Assembly: GCF_048593235.1 (NCBI RefSeq)
Contig: NC_133621.1
Coordinates: 187,881,238 to 187,945,237 of the forward strand
Reading direction: 5' to 3'
Origin: Sminthopsis crassicaudata
Taxonomy: Eukaryota
DNA length: 64,000 bases
Numbering within the stretch: position 1 is the first letter of the stretch; the number at the start of each line of letters is the position of its first letter. Position numbers and translations under genes: made by a program. Of the stretch, positions 52,301-64,000 are shown in pieces. The notes beneath the pieces were generated by a model. The model did not search any database and was not told the origin of the DNA. It was given only the letters and a program-made list of their open reading frames with translations.

Positions 52301-55300
52301 TATCACCCCAGGCTTGGGTACCCACTTAATTAAACATCCCCTCCAAGAGGAACCTTCCCTTTTCTCTGAAAAATGTTCTTTGAAGGGCTCCTGTCTGATC
52401 CCAGCCCTTTTCCTCTGAATCTTCAAGGACTTTAGGTTCACATCACTGCCTTTTTGGAATTTCTGTTAATGCTTTGTCTGCTTACCCATAGAAACCCTAC
52501 ATCTTCCCAATTTGGAGGATGCAGGGAGAAGGAGAAGTGTTTCCCACAAGAGTCAAATTGTCACTGATCCTAGTTACTGACTGTGGGGAATGTAAGACTG
52601 AAGGCTGAAAGGGACTGTTGCCCAGTGGGAGAAATGGGTCGACTGATTTCCCTAGGAGCCCTCCTGGTTACTGTTTTTATCTTATGAAATGCCATTCTGG
52701 ATTGAACTGGACAACACTGGGGTCCTCCAGCCATGTACTCTATCCCTGGGAGTAGGGCTTGAAAGAGAGACACGAGTTGGGGAAGGGGTGGGATCAGCCT
52801 TGGTTGGTCTGAGAGTCAGGAATACCTCATTCTTAGTCCCAGCCTGGCCACTTTTTAACTGTGCCATCTTAATTAAATCACAATACATCTCTGCCAGGAG
52901 AATATAAACTCCTTGGGGGGAGGAATTATTATTTTTTTGTTTCTATTTTTGTTTTTGCGTCCCCTGTACCTTGCACTTAGAAGGCATTTAATAATTGTTT
53001 GTGGGATTCATTTGAGTTGAATTGGGCTCCAGCATTCTCCATTTATAAAATGAGAGATTTGGATCTCTAAGATGGTTCTAAGAAATCAGCTTGAGATCTA
53101 ACTTAGATGGGGAAGAACCGGACCGTATTTTGTCAGGGCTGACCCCCACATCATGTCCCGGATTACATGATTTCTCTGTTTTCACTTCCTATGAGAAGTG
53201 GGGGTGGGAATGAAAAGATGCTGGTCATAAGAAGAAAGGGGGAAGGAAACAGCAGAACTGGTCTCATCAGGACTGAGATTGACACTCGAGCTCCAGGTCC
53301 CACCCCTCATCATCTTGCGGCATCTTGGGCAGGGAGAGAAGCAGCCTACCCGGAAGCACCATTCCCCGCCAGCTCCCTGGACCAAACTTCTCAAAATCCC
53401 CATGGCCTTTATTTAGACGTTACAGGAAGGAAGTGGGTGAATCTATTTTTAACAAGCTGGGTTTGAAATTAGTGTGACTCAGGCCACCAGCCTGACAGAC
53501 CTACTATGATGGGGGCAGGGACTAAACACCTGAGTTCTAACATTCCTGGGGAGGGAGAGCTCCCCGGAGTTAGACTGGAGGCCCTACTCCAGTGTCCCAT
53601 GTCCCACACCTCCTGCAGAGAGCAGCCTTCTCATGAGAGTTTGGGGGTAAAAGGGAAAATGAGATTTTCTTTTATTTTTCTTTATTGTGAAAATGAGATT
53701 TTCAAAGGAGGAATTCCCAAAGGCCGAACAGAAAGACAGAAAGACACTCTAGAGAGGGAAGGGCCACGGAACCTTGGGGTGAAACAAGGCAGGGTGGAAG
53801 GTTGGTGAGGAGACCTTGGGAGCTGAAGGGGTAGGGCTGGAGGAACTGGGAGAGAGCAGGGTATGGATTCTGTTTCTTTATCTGTTAACAGCAGTGATTT
53901 CATCTTTAAATTAAAGAGAGTTGGTGGATGTTAAGTGGATAGACTGTTGGACTGGAGTCAGGAAGAACTATGTAGCTCGAATTTCAGTTTCTCCATAATT
54001 AAAATGAGTATCTATCTATCCATCTATCTGTCCATCCATCCATCCATCTATATATCTATGTCTGTGTGTACATAAATATATTTATGTACATAGATAGCCA
54101 TCTATCAATTTTTAAAAGTGATTCTTTAGGTTATTGTTGTTATTCATAAAACAATGCGTTGACCACACACAGTGCCAGGTAGTAAAGGAAATACAAAGTT
54201 GAGATAAATTTATGAGTGGGGGCAGCTAGATGCAAAGTGGGCAGAGTGCTGGGTCTGGAATTAGAAGAAACTGAGTTCAAATTCAGTCTTGGACACTTGC
54301 TCGCTGTGTAGCTCTGGGGAAGTGACGTAACCTTTCTTGCCTCAGTTTCCCCATCTGCAAAATGAGCTGGAAGAAGAAATGGAAACCAGTTCAGTATCTT
54401 TGCCAGGAAAACCCCAAATGGGGTCATGAAGACTCAGACACGATTGAAAAACATTAGCAGAAGACAGAGGCACAGATAGAGCAGCATCCAGAGTAAAAGA
54501 CACATATTGTAAAACAAAATGTTGAGTTATGAAATCCATGAAGTCTTGAGTTTAGTGAAAACTTCGTGGAGGGAGTCACATGTGAATTAGGCTCCAGAGG
54601 ATTGACAGTGGCCGTTCCATGAACATGGCTGTTCCCCTGAACGTGACACTCCAAGCCTTGGCTGAGGCATTTTCTCTGACTGTCCCCCCTGCCTGGAACA
54701 CGATCCCTCCCCTGCTCTGACTATTGATCTTCCTGGCTTCTTTTAAGTCCCAATTAAAAGCCCACCTGCTACAGGAAGTCTTCCCCCTTCCCTCTTAATC
54801 CCAGCGATTTTCTTCTGTTAATTATTTCCTATTGTCCTGGAATAGCTTGTCTGTCCTCTCTGTAAGCTTCCTAAGGGCAGGGACTGTCTGTTGCCACTTC
54901 TTGCATCTCTAGCACAGTGCCTGGCCGGTGACAGGTATAATTGGCACTTAATGTTTACTGATTGATTGAGATTTCACCAGGAGGAGGGAGGACTTTTCAG
55001 GCCCAGGGAAGGGTGGTGGGGACATGGCATTGGGTACTGGCGCAGTCAGGATCCATGTCTATCCTTCCCTTGCCCCATATCAAGGAGCAAACTCTTCACC
55101 AACTGCTCCCGGGGAGCTTTTTAGGACTTTAGGCGGTACAGCGGATGGAGCGCCAGCACTGAAGTCAGGAGGATGAGTTCAAAGGTGACATGGCAAGTCA
55201 CTCATAACCCCCGCCCCCCAAAAAGTAGGATTTTAAGATATAGTTCACCTGAATTAGTAGAGGGAGTTTCCATAGTAAAAAGTCCTTCCTACCAATGAGA

Positions 55301-57423
55301 TGAAATCACAAATCTGGTACCAAAAAAAATTAAAATAAAGGACTTGGTAACCTCTAAAGTCTCTTCAAATCCCCATATCTTTTTTTTTTTTTTTTAAATG
55401 AAATCAGACTGCAGGTCTCACTAAAATCAATTAAAGGAAATTAGGAAGAAACAAGAAGAGTGAAATGTAAAAATTATACCATTAACCTTTCCACGTTCTT
55501 CCCTCTGAATCTCTGACTTAGATTGTCTTTAGAAAGAGCAAAATGATCGTAAAGAGACTGGGGAGCTGAGACTAAATGAGAACAGGGTAAAAGGCCTGGG
55601 GAAGGGCGAAGGGGCTATTGGGGGGAGTCCCTACCTTTGCATCTCTTAACAGTGGCTGCCGTCTCTCTGCCCCTAGAACTCATTTCTTTTCCTAATCAGC
55701 ACCAGTGGGCAGCAGGGAGCCCGTGGCCGTACCCCCAAGTCAGCTGGCCCCATCACTGATTCCCCCCTTTTCCCCTTCTCCCCAGCGCTGGCATTGGACG
55801 GACTGGGACCATCATTGTCATCGACATGATCATGGAGGCCATTTCCACAAAAGGTGAGGGTTGGGAGGCGGGAGGGACCGCTTTCCCCAGTACCTTGGGA
55901 CTGGGGGGAGAAGAGAGGGTACCATTCTTCTCTCTCGCTGGCTGGCTTTCCCTTTCCCCTCCCCTCTTCAGCCTGGTTGAATCTGATAGTAGCTCCAGTC
56001 TGTGATGAGAATGCCAGATCCTGTCCGGTTTATGCTGACAGGCAGGGAGGATGTCTGGGGCCCTGGTCAGCGATCACTTACCCTTCCCCCTCCCAGGTCT
56101 GGACTGCGACATTGATATCCAGAAAACCATCCAGATGGTTCGGGCCCAGCGTTCAGGGATGGTGCAGACGGAGGCCCAGTACAAGTTCATCTACATGGCT
56201 ATCGCGCAGTTCATTGAGACCACCAAGAAGAAACTAGATGTCATGCAGGTAAGAACCGGGCGGCAGGACACTGGCCCGAGCAGGAGCGGGCCGGTCTGGG
56301 GAGGAAGAAAAGGGCGGGAATTGGCCCGGCCATGACACTCATTCTCCCCTTCCCAGAAAGGCCAGGGGGAGTCAGAGTATGGGAACCTCGGGTACCCTCC
56401 GGCCATGAAGAACGCCCACGCTAAGGCCACCCGGACCTCCTCCAAGTGAGTGACTCCCCTGCCTCTGTTCACCAACTCAGCTTCCTTTTTCTCCAAAGAC
56501 TAAAGTTAAATATTGTCTAAGGGAAGATGTCATAGGTCATATAGTTTTTAAAAAATCTTATTGATATATTTATTTCTAAATGTTGTCCTTCCCCTTTCCT
56601 ATACAAAAAAAAAAAAAATCATCCCTTATTAAAAAAAATTAAAAGATTAAAAAAGAAAGGGGAGGAGGGAGAAGCGACCGATATATCAGTCACGTCTGAC
56701 AACAGATATACTTCCCATACCCACAGCCCCTCACCTCCTTTGCAAAGAAGGGAGGCAAGTACATTTTTTCAACTTCTGTCCGGACCAAACTTGGCCACTA
56801 TTAATTTCCCCCACCCCACCACTTTATTTTTATTTATTTATTTTTTTTACTCCACTACTTTAAAAAAATTTTTTCCCACTTACATTATTGCAGTCACTTA
56901 GTCATGTAATTTTTTTTTTAACTGGAAAGGGGCCCTAGAGATCACTTAGACCAATCCCTTCCCTTTTACAGAATACGAAACTCCAGTCGTATTTTGTGAG
57001 GAAGTGTCAGAGCTGGGACCAAGGGTTTTCTGGGTCATAGCTTGTCCGGTCCCTGCCCTGGTTAAGTTAGGGGGCTAGAAAGATCTCTCCCTTCCTGGTC
57101 CTCACTCCTCCCCTTTCCCGAATGGAAGATTAGACTCAGAAAATGAGGGGGCTAATGTGCACATCGGTTCCCAGGCTTTTCTGGGGGCAGACAGTGCGCC
57201 AGCCCTAGGAGAAGCAGCAGCTCCACCGCCCCCGCCTCCATCCCACCCTCCTTCCCCCTTTCCTCTCCCTGCCTTCCCCCCCTGACTGCCCACCCCCTGC
57301 CTCTGCAGACACCGGGAGGATGTGTATGAGAACCTGCAGAGCAAAAGTAAGAAGGAAGAAAAGATGAAGAAACAGCGGTCAGCTGAAAAGGAGAAGACTA
57401 AAGGCTCCTTGAAGAAGAAGTGA
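39986..57423 (+). CDS. PTPN6: Tyrosine-protein phosphatase non-receptor type 6 (SHP-1), about 594 aa; one apparent +1 frameshift at 50895-50899
   Basis: Exons 39986-39993, 40139-40261, 40488-40682, 43544-43733, 44056-44172, 44307-44420, 48080-48176, 48450-48529, 48882-49031, 50595-50726, 50895-51050 (156 nt; 155 needed), 55786-55853, 56097-56248, 56357-56445, 57309-57423. Two SH2 domains, [27 protein letters not shown], and the C-tail VYENL...GSLKKK*. Confidence 0.95.
40718..41070 (-). mobile_element. 5'-truncated marsupial LINE-1 3' end
   Basis: T-rich tail, then TCCCTCCACCCCCTCCCCTAGATGGCAAGCAG...; a close paralogue lies at 45958-46226. Confidence 0.72.
45958..46226 (-). mobile_element. 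5'-truncated marsupial LINE-1 3' end
   Basis: Aligns by eye with 40740-41000 in the same orientation. Confidence 0.72.
47416..47648 (+). mobile_element. Mar1 SINE
   Basis: Same RTE-like tail ending ACTGAACAACAAC; 10-bp TSD ATATTGATCA (47406-47415 and 47649-47658). Confidence 0.82.
50224..50390 (-). mobile_element. WSINE1-like SINE
   Basis: Full length; perfect 15-bp TSD AAATATTTAGATCTG (50209-50223 and 50391-50405). Confidence 0.9.
51552..51718 (+). mobile_element. WSINE1-like SINE with (GAAA)n tail
   Basis: Full length; 15-bp TSD AAAAGAAAT(T/A)CTGAG (51537-51551 and 51719-51733). Confidence 0.9.
54218..54455 (+). mobile_element. Mar1 SINE
   Basis: GGGGGCAGCTAGATG head and GAAGAAGAAATGGAAACC...CTTTGCCAGGAAAACCCCAAATGGGGTCATGAAGA tail. 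Confidence 0.78.
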
Positions 57424-57638
57424 CTGCTTGGGGATTCCAGGGTAACTTCCCACAGTCCCCTCCATTCTCTGGAACTTCTGCTCCCGCCCTCTCCTCTTGT
57501 CCCCGTTTTCCCAAATGGATCCCCCAGTCTCACGACTTCCTCTACCCCCACCCAGACCTTTCCCTGCCCAGCAACTTCCCCCCTTTGCTGGCCCCTGACC
57601 ACGTCCCCCTCACTCCCACCTTCCTTCTTTCTCTGCAG

Positions 57639-57895
57639 GCTGGCCCCAAACAGCAGGATGTCCACTTCCAGTGACTTACTTAGGACCAGCCTCTTCTCCC
57701 CGCCTTCCATTGGGGTATCTGTCCCTTGGCCTCCCCCTCCCTCCCTTTCAGTCACCCCTTTTCTAATTTAATAGCTTTACCTCCACCCCTCCTCCTACTC
57801 CCCTTGCCTACGCTGGCCACTGTACATAGCCCATGGAAGCCAAGGGGGCCCCAACTGTCCCCATCCTTGTAAATAAAGCCCCGTTCTTCAGTCTC
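57639..57895 (+). other. PTPN6: PTPN6 3' UTR terminal exon with AATAAA (57872-57877)
   Basis: Donor 18 nt after the stop (57441/57442), pyrimidine-rich acceptor at 57638, then CCTTGTAAATAAAGCCC. Confidence 0.75.
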
Positions 57896-58614
57896 TGTGT
57901 CCCTGGGAGGTGTGTGTGGAAGGGATGTGGCGGAAAGGGAGTGGGGACGTGGGGGCTCAGGGGCCCCTGGCCCAGCAAAGGAGACGTCCTTGTAATTCGA
58001 CATCCGGAAAGGGTGACAGGCAGAACCAACCAAGATCAGAAATGAAAAGGAAGTCTCATTAGAGACTGGGACTGCCGGACCCCAACAGTGGACTTTAATC
58101 CCCGAGGTCCGCACTGCACTTACTGCTTAATGTTTTATCAATAAATAACTTGTGAGAAAATATAGGTATCTACCTACTTTGCAAACGACAAAAGTCAGGG
58201 AAGGTTCGTTAACACGCTTCTGAGGGGCTGGAGCACTGGGCTATTTATTTATTTTTTTTTTGAAGAGACAATCAGAGTTAAGGGACTTGGCCAGATTCAT
58301 ACAAGTAGTAAGTATCTGAGGTTGGATTAGAACTCAGGTCCTCTTACTCCAAAGCTGTTCTTTTATCCACTGTGCCACCTCGCTGCTCCCAGATGCAGCT
58401 AATAAGGATGACATTTTTTTTCTTTCTTTTTTTTTAAAGTTGATAAGTCAACAAGCATTTATTGGGCGTCTACTCTATGCCCAGTGCTATTCTAACATAT
58501 ACAAAGGCACAAGAAAGTCCTTGTTCTCCGGGAGCTCACCATAAGATGACATTCAATAAAGATAACTATAAAGGCTTCATCAATGAAAATTAAGTGCCTT
58601 TAAGATCTGGGATA

Positions 58615-58755
58615 CGGGGGCAGCTAGGTGGCGCAGTGGGCAGAGCACCAGCCTGAAGTCAGGAGGACCTGAATTCAAATTCAGCCTCAGACACTTAACA
58701 CTTCCTAGCTGTGTGACCCTGGGCAAGTCACTTAACCCCAGCCTCAGGGGAAAAA
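58615..58755 (+). mobile_element. WSINE1-like SINE
   Basis: Near-consensus; perfect 13-bp TSD AAGATCTGGGATA (58602-58614 and 58756-58768). Confidence 0.9.
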
Positions 58756-61700
58756 AAGATCTGGGATATAAGGAGAAAAAAAAGCATCCCTAAATCATAA
58801 ACCGGAAACAATTCTTGCCTTCAGGGAATTTATTTAGTTTAAAGGAGAAACCAATGATCCCATCAAATACTAGATGCCATTGAGAGGAAGACATTGGGGA
58901 TGAGGGCAGGAGGGCAGAAAAGGGCTCAGGCAGAAGGGGGCACTTCCCCAGGCGTACAGGACATTAGGGGACCGAGAAGATCCTGGGATGATATGTGACT
59001 TCTCCTCAAATATTTGAAGAGGGATAGAAAGCAGTCAATCAATCAACAAGCATTTATTAAGTTCCTACTATATACCAGGCATTACATTGGGCATTGGAGA
59101 TAGAAATACAAAAGTGAGATGGTGTCTGACCATAAAGACCTTTTAATCTCCTAAGGGAATAAAAATATGCACTGATAAGTAAATATAGAAGGGGGGGGGG
59201 TGTGTGTGAACATACACACATATGTAGCAAATCCAGAAATGACTAGGGAATCCAGAAGTCCTCTTGGAGGACGCGTCACTTGGGCCAAGCTCTGGACTCG
59301 CGGGGTCTCCAAGAGACGGAGGTAAGGAGGGCTGCGAGTTTAGCCGGCCGCTGCGGGTGGTTAGGGATATTAGGTTAAGGGGAGGATGGATTGGAAAGGG
59401 TGAGGCTGATGCAGGGAGGCCGGAGCTAAACCACAATGGTTGTAGTTGGAAACTGGTTACGTGGAGAGTGCAAGTGAGAGTCAAGAGTCCAGACTGGCTC
59501 CCAGGCGGTGAATTTGGATGACTGGAACAATGGTGATACCCTGAACAGAAATAGGGAAGTTAGGGGGAGGATCTGATTTAAATGTATTGAGTTAAAAATG
59601 CGTGCGGCACATACACAAGTGGAAATGTCAAGCAGTCGGTTGCAGATATGAAACAAGCTCAGGGAGAAATGAGGAGATCTGCGTTTGGGGATCCCTTGCA
59701 TAGATGCATTCTTTCTTTTGGCCTTGGAGGGAAGAACCAGAACTAGAAGCAAGGCAGAGACGTGATGTCAGGACAAACTTTCTCGCAATTAGGGGCCATC
59801 CGAGCAGTGGCATGGGCTGTGTTGGGAGATGGGCAGCTCCCCCTTGCTCCACGCAGAAGGTGGAGGTGAGGGAACCGTGTGGGACGATGGTCTTGGGATC
59901 CCTTCCAGCTCTCCCCGAATGCCCTCTCCCTTTTGGGCTTAGCGATGAGATTGAGATAGAGATACTCTATGTCCTGGGGGGCCCGAAGCGAACACAGTAC
60001 TCCAGATATGTTCCACTTGATAAGTCTAAATTCATTTGTTCTAGATGCCATCCTTTTACTAATACAGCCCCAGGTCACTCAGCTTTGATCTTTGCTTGAG
60101 AGGGACAGTGTGGGGTGGGGAAGAGAGCATTACCCTGGGATCAGGCATGTGGATCCCTCCATTAACTTGTGTCATCTTGGAAGGAAGAAATGAAGGAGGG
60201 AAGGAAACAAATATTTAAGAAATTTTCTTTTTTAAAGAATGAGTGTTTGTGGATAGTTTCTGTTTCTTACATCACCACAGTATTCTATATATCCCTTCCT
60301 TTCCCCCTCCCAATCATCTCATATGACTCATAGTGTTTTTCCAGAGAGGAAAACAAAGTCAGCACAACTAATGGGTACATTGACAAAGTACAAAAACATG
60401 TAACATCTGGGACCTCCCACATCCCTGAGGGGGAAAGTTGGGGATGTCTTTATTTCTCTTCATTTGAATCTTGTGTAATCTTTATAATTTTGGTTTTTTG
60501 TGTGCTGTTCTTTCCATTTACATTGTTGTAGTTAATACTTATGTTGTAAAATTATATTAAGCACCTACTATGGAAATGTAGTACTTTACAGTACTTAGTA
60601 ACCAAGAGCTGTGTAAAGTATTTTACAAATATCAGCTCATTTAATCCTCACAACAGCCCAGGGAAATAGTTGCTGTTATTATCATCATTTTACAGTTTAG
60701 GAAACTGAGGCAAACAGAGTTTAAATATCTTGGCCAGGATGTCATAACTAGTAATTGCCTGAGCTGAGATTTGAACTTGATTCTCTGCCCGGCACGAAAT
60801 CCATGTCACTGCCTAAGTGCCTCTGAAAAAGCCACATTGTGTCCCCTGGGCCTCAGTTTCCCCATTTGTCACAGAATAACAACACTAGGACTTCATGTTT
60901 CCCAAAGTTGTGAAGAGCAAACGAAATGGTCATGAATTTGTGCTGACTTTAAAATGAAATAGAAATATGAAGCATTTGTGTTATATACCCAACCACAGTA
61001 CCTAGTCCTAGTTTGTGACTGGTTTTTCCTTTATTTATTTGTGAAACAAGAACATGGTTGTCCAGTCAAGTCTGGCTCTTCCTGAGCCTATTTGGGCAAA
61101 GATAATGGGGTGGCTTTCCATTTCCTTCTCCAGCTCATTTTACAGATGAGGCAACTGAGGCAAACAGGATCACACAGATTGTAAGTGTCTGAGGCTGGAT
61201 CCAAACTCAGAGCTCTGTCCACTCTAGCTTCCCTGAAATAAGGGCAGGTCTATATAACAGTTTATATTATGATTTCAAGGGACCAGAAATCATAGAAATA
61301 TCTTTCACTGATGTAGCACTAAAGTTTGCAAAGTAGCTTCCATGGATCTCATTTATTTTTTCACAACAATCCTTTGGGATCTCCTCTGTTAATTCAGGAT
61401 CACTCTCCACATCCCCAGATTTAAATACAATATACTACTATAAAAATTAATAGCCAGTAATTAGTTTATTGTATATGGTGTAACCCAGTTCTACGTTTTG
61501 CCCACAGAAGTTTAACCATAAAGCAGTGGGAAGATAAAGACTTGATACACTACATAGGTTGGTCTTATCCACTGTCCTAAGTTCTGTGGTCAGCCTGTGA
61601 CCCTAAGCTTGAGATCTAGGACTTTGATTGGACTAAGAAAGAGAAGCTAATGTAAGTGGGGGAAGCAAGACACCATCACAAGCAAGCAGATATGAGAGAA

Positions 61701-64000
61701 AGTCATGGAAACACAGTAGAAGTTGGGTCAGTACAATTACCATTCCTTATCTGGGACAGAGAAAACTAAATGTGAACTCCATCCAAAGTAAAATCTACAT
61801 TGTTGATGGAATGTGGCTAAAGAGAGATTATGGGACACTTCCCTCCCTTCACTCTCACTCCCAACATCTTTTTCCTTTCCCTAAGGAGAGAGCTAAATGT
61901 ATTTTGGGTTAACCACTCACTTTAGATTTCTTGCTTCTCTTTGGGATATGGACATGTTAACCTTTGATCCAATGTTAATCAATATAAACCCAAACTACTG
62001 TATTATTTAAGGTTCATACATATAGATGAAGAAAAGAGAATCTCATCTTTTATTTTAAAGACAAAATTTTGCTTCAGATATAATGAAATTGACCTTGGAG
62101 GTTCAAGGCTATATATTCAACAAAGACAAGTATATTAGATGATTTTAATGAATGCCATAAAAGAAAGAAAAGTACCCTTGCTCCTATTCCTAGGAAAATA
62201 GTTCTGGTAAATAGAAGCCTTATAGATCCAGGAGCAAGTGAATTAATTTGGTAGACTTCTTTTTTTTCCCTTTCATTGGAAGAAAAAGTAGAGTTTGAAA
62301 GGAAAAAAAAAAACACACCCTAGGGAGAAGTGCAAGGAAGTCCCAACTATCCTGGATAGTAGAAAATGACATCAATTGATAGTTTTCCTGGTTCAAGGCT
62401 CACTTGGTTATAGTAGTATAATGTAAAAGAAAATCCAAGAAAATCTGAAACACAAGTCTATGCAAGGGTCAATGTTGTCAAATTACCCGTGCATATGTTT
62501 TGAAAATAAAAATTAAAAAAAAGAAAAAAAAGAAAATCCATCAAGAACTCTTCTATGGACATATCTCCCTATAGCCATCTTCTAAACTTGCTTCAGCATG
62601 ACCTCCTAGATCTGTGAATATGTCTGGGAGGGGTTCCCAATCAGTTCATGGATATACCTACTGCTCATGGAAAGGAGTAAGGGAAGAGAGATCTCAAGAT
62701 CTGAGATAAATAAAAAACAAATTAGTTTCTCCTCTTTTCTTTCCAATAGGATTCATAATATCTGTTAAGTCTTAGCAATTTATGATTGTGTTTTTTCCTC
62801 ATGGCTCCTTTCTCTATCCCTGCTCCAGGATCAGAATCTCATCCACAGCTAAGTATGGTGGTGATGAGGTCCTGGATAGCTACTAGGGCATTAACCTGAC
62901 AGCCTGATCACCCCAGTCTTCAGTGGACCTTTTGTTTTTAAGTAAGTCTTTTGTTCCAGTGGACTCTGGATTATAGTCTCATACCTGGTGGAGATCTCTA
63001 GATACCTTTACTGTATCCAATCAGAAAGCCAAATTATGATGTCAAATCCCTGAAGTTATATTTCCTTTATAAAAAACTGCTCATACAGCTAACTTCTCTT
63101 GAAATTTACACACATTTAGCAGCATAATAAAATCTTTGCCCCTTGATTTAGAGGATGTCTAAGTCTACAAATTCTTTCCAATTTCTTTGCAACACCGGTG
63201 CATAGCCCCAGTATGCTTTTGGGGTATTACCTTATACCTCATCATTTGGTGGCTACACCCCATAATTTTGGTGACCTGGTATGAGAACAGTCTGACTGCA
63301 CCCTATTACCTCAATAATGGCACATGCCTATTCTTTTTTTTTTTCCAGTTTAATATGCTTCTTTAAGAAATTATTTTAGTTTATTTTTAATACATATCAT
63401 TTTATGAATTATGTTGAGAGAGAAAAATCAGAGCAAATGGGAAAAACCATGGGAGAGATAAAAAAACAAAACAAAACAAAAAAGAGGTGAACATAGCATG
63501 TTTTAATTTACATTCAATCTTCTTAGTTCTTTCTCTGGTTGAAGATGCATGTCCATAATCCTAATGGGTAGGTCTCTGAGGCTGGTGGATTGTTTGGGCT
63601 TGATTTTACTTGAAGTTCTGAGTTGGGTAAGGCTAAAAGTTAAGAGAGTGTTGTCACTAAATCTGGTAAAAATATAACGAGTTCCCAGGGGGAGGGGACC
63701 ATGAAAATTACTTAATGAGGGACAAAACTTTCCAGGTCAGAATTGGACAGTATCAAAGCAGCTGTGTAATGTGCTTAGGTTTAGGAATGGCTATACTTTC
63801 AGCCCAAGTGAGAACTTGGGAGAGCTCATTTCAAAAAAAAAAAAATAAATAATAATAATAATAATAAATTCTCATCCATAATGCTGGTCTTACTAACTAA
63901 TATTCTGACCATCGCCATCCTCTTCCTTATGAAAGCTTGGGAGTCCAAAACCAACTTTCTTCAATTAAAGAAAGAATAGAAGTCATCTCTATTGTCAGTG

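Noticed and set aside
57102-57755. 217-aa antisense ORF over the last PTPN6 exons
   Set aside because: Low-complexity antisense reading of a pyrimidine-rich intron and Lys-rich exon; no independent support.

Overview
Mammalian genomic DNA, almost certainly a marsupial and probably a dasyurid (inferred from young WSINE1-type CORE-SINEs, Mar1 SINEs and marsupial L1 3' ends). The window is the conserved block orthologous to human 12p13.31. All genes are on the + strand: the 3' end of LRRC23, complete ENO2 (434 aa), complete ATN1 (1188 aa), the U7 snRNA gene with DSE, PSE and 3' box, C12orf57 (126 aa) and PTPN6/SHP-1 with two alternative first exons. I traced exon-intron structures by hand; every junction is GT-AG and in phase except one. 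PTPN6 has an extra G in a G-run at the start of the WPD-loop exon (50895-50899), which as written truncates SHP-1 before the catalytic Cys; a homopolymer assembly error is the most likely cause, but this must be checked. Other points of interest: an 8-codon uORF whose stop overlaps the ATN1 start (ATGA), loss of the ATN1 CAG-CAG tandem acceptor, an interrupted polyQ, a shifted PTPN6 acceptor, ENO2 Y44H and R327L, a three-copy intronic repeat with microexon-like signals, inverted SINE pairs around exons, and no recognisable miR-200c/141 in the 6 kb after PTPN6. I found no convincing new biological system. Comparisons with human sequences are from memory and need an alignment to confirm.
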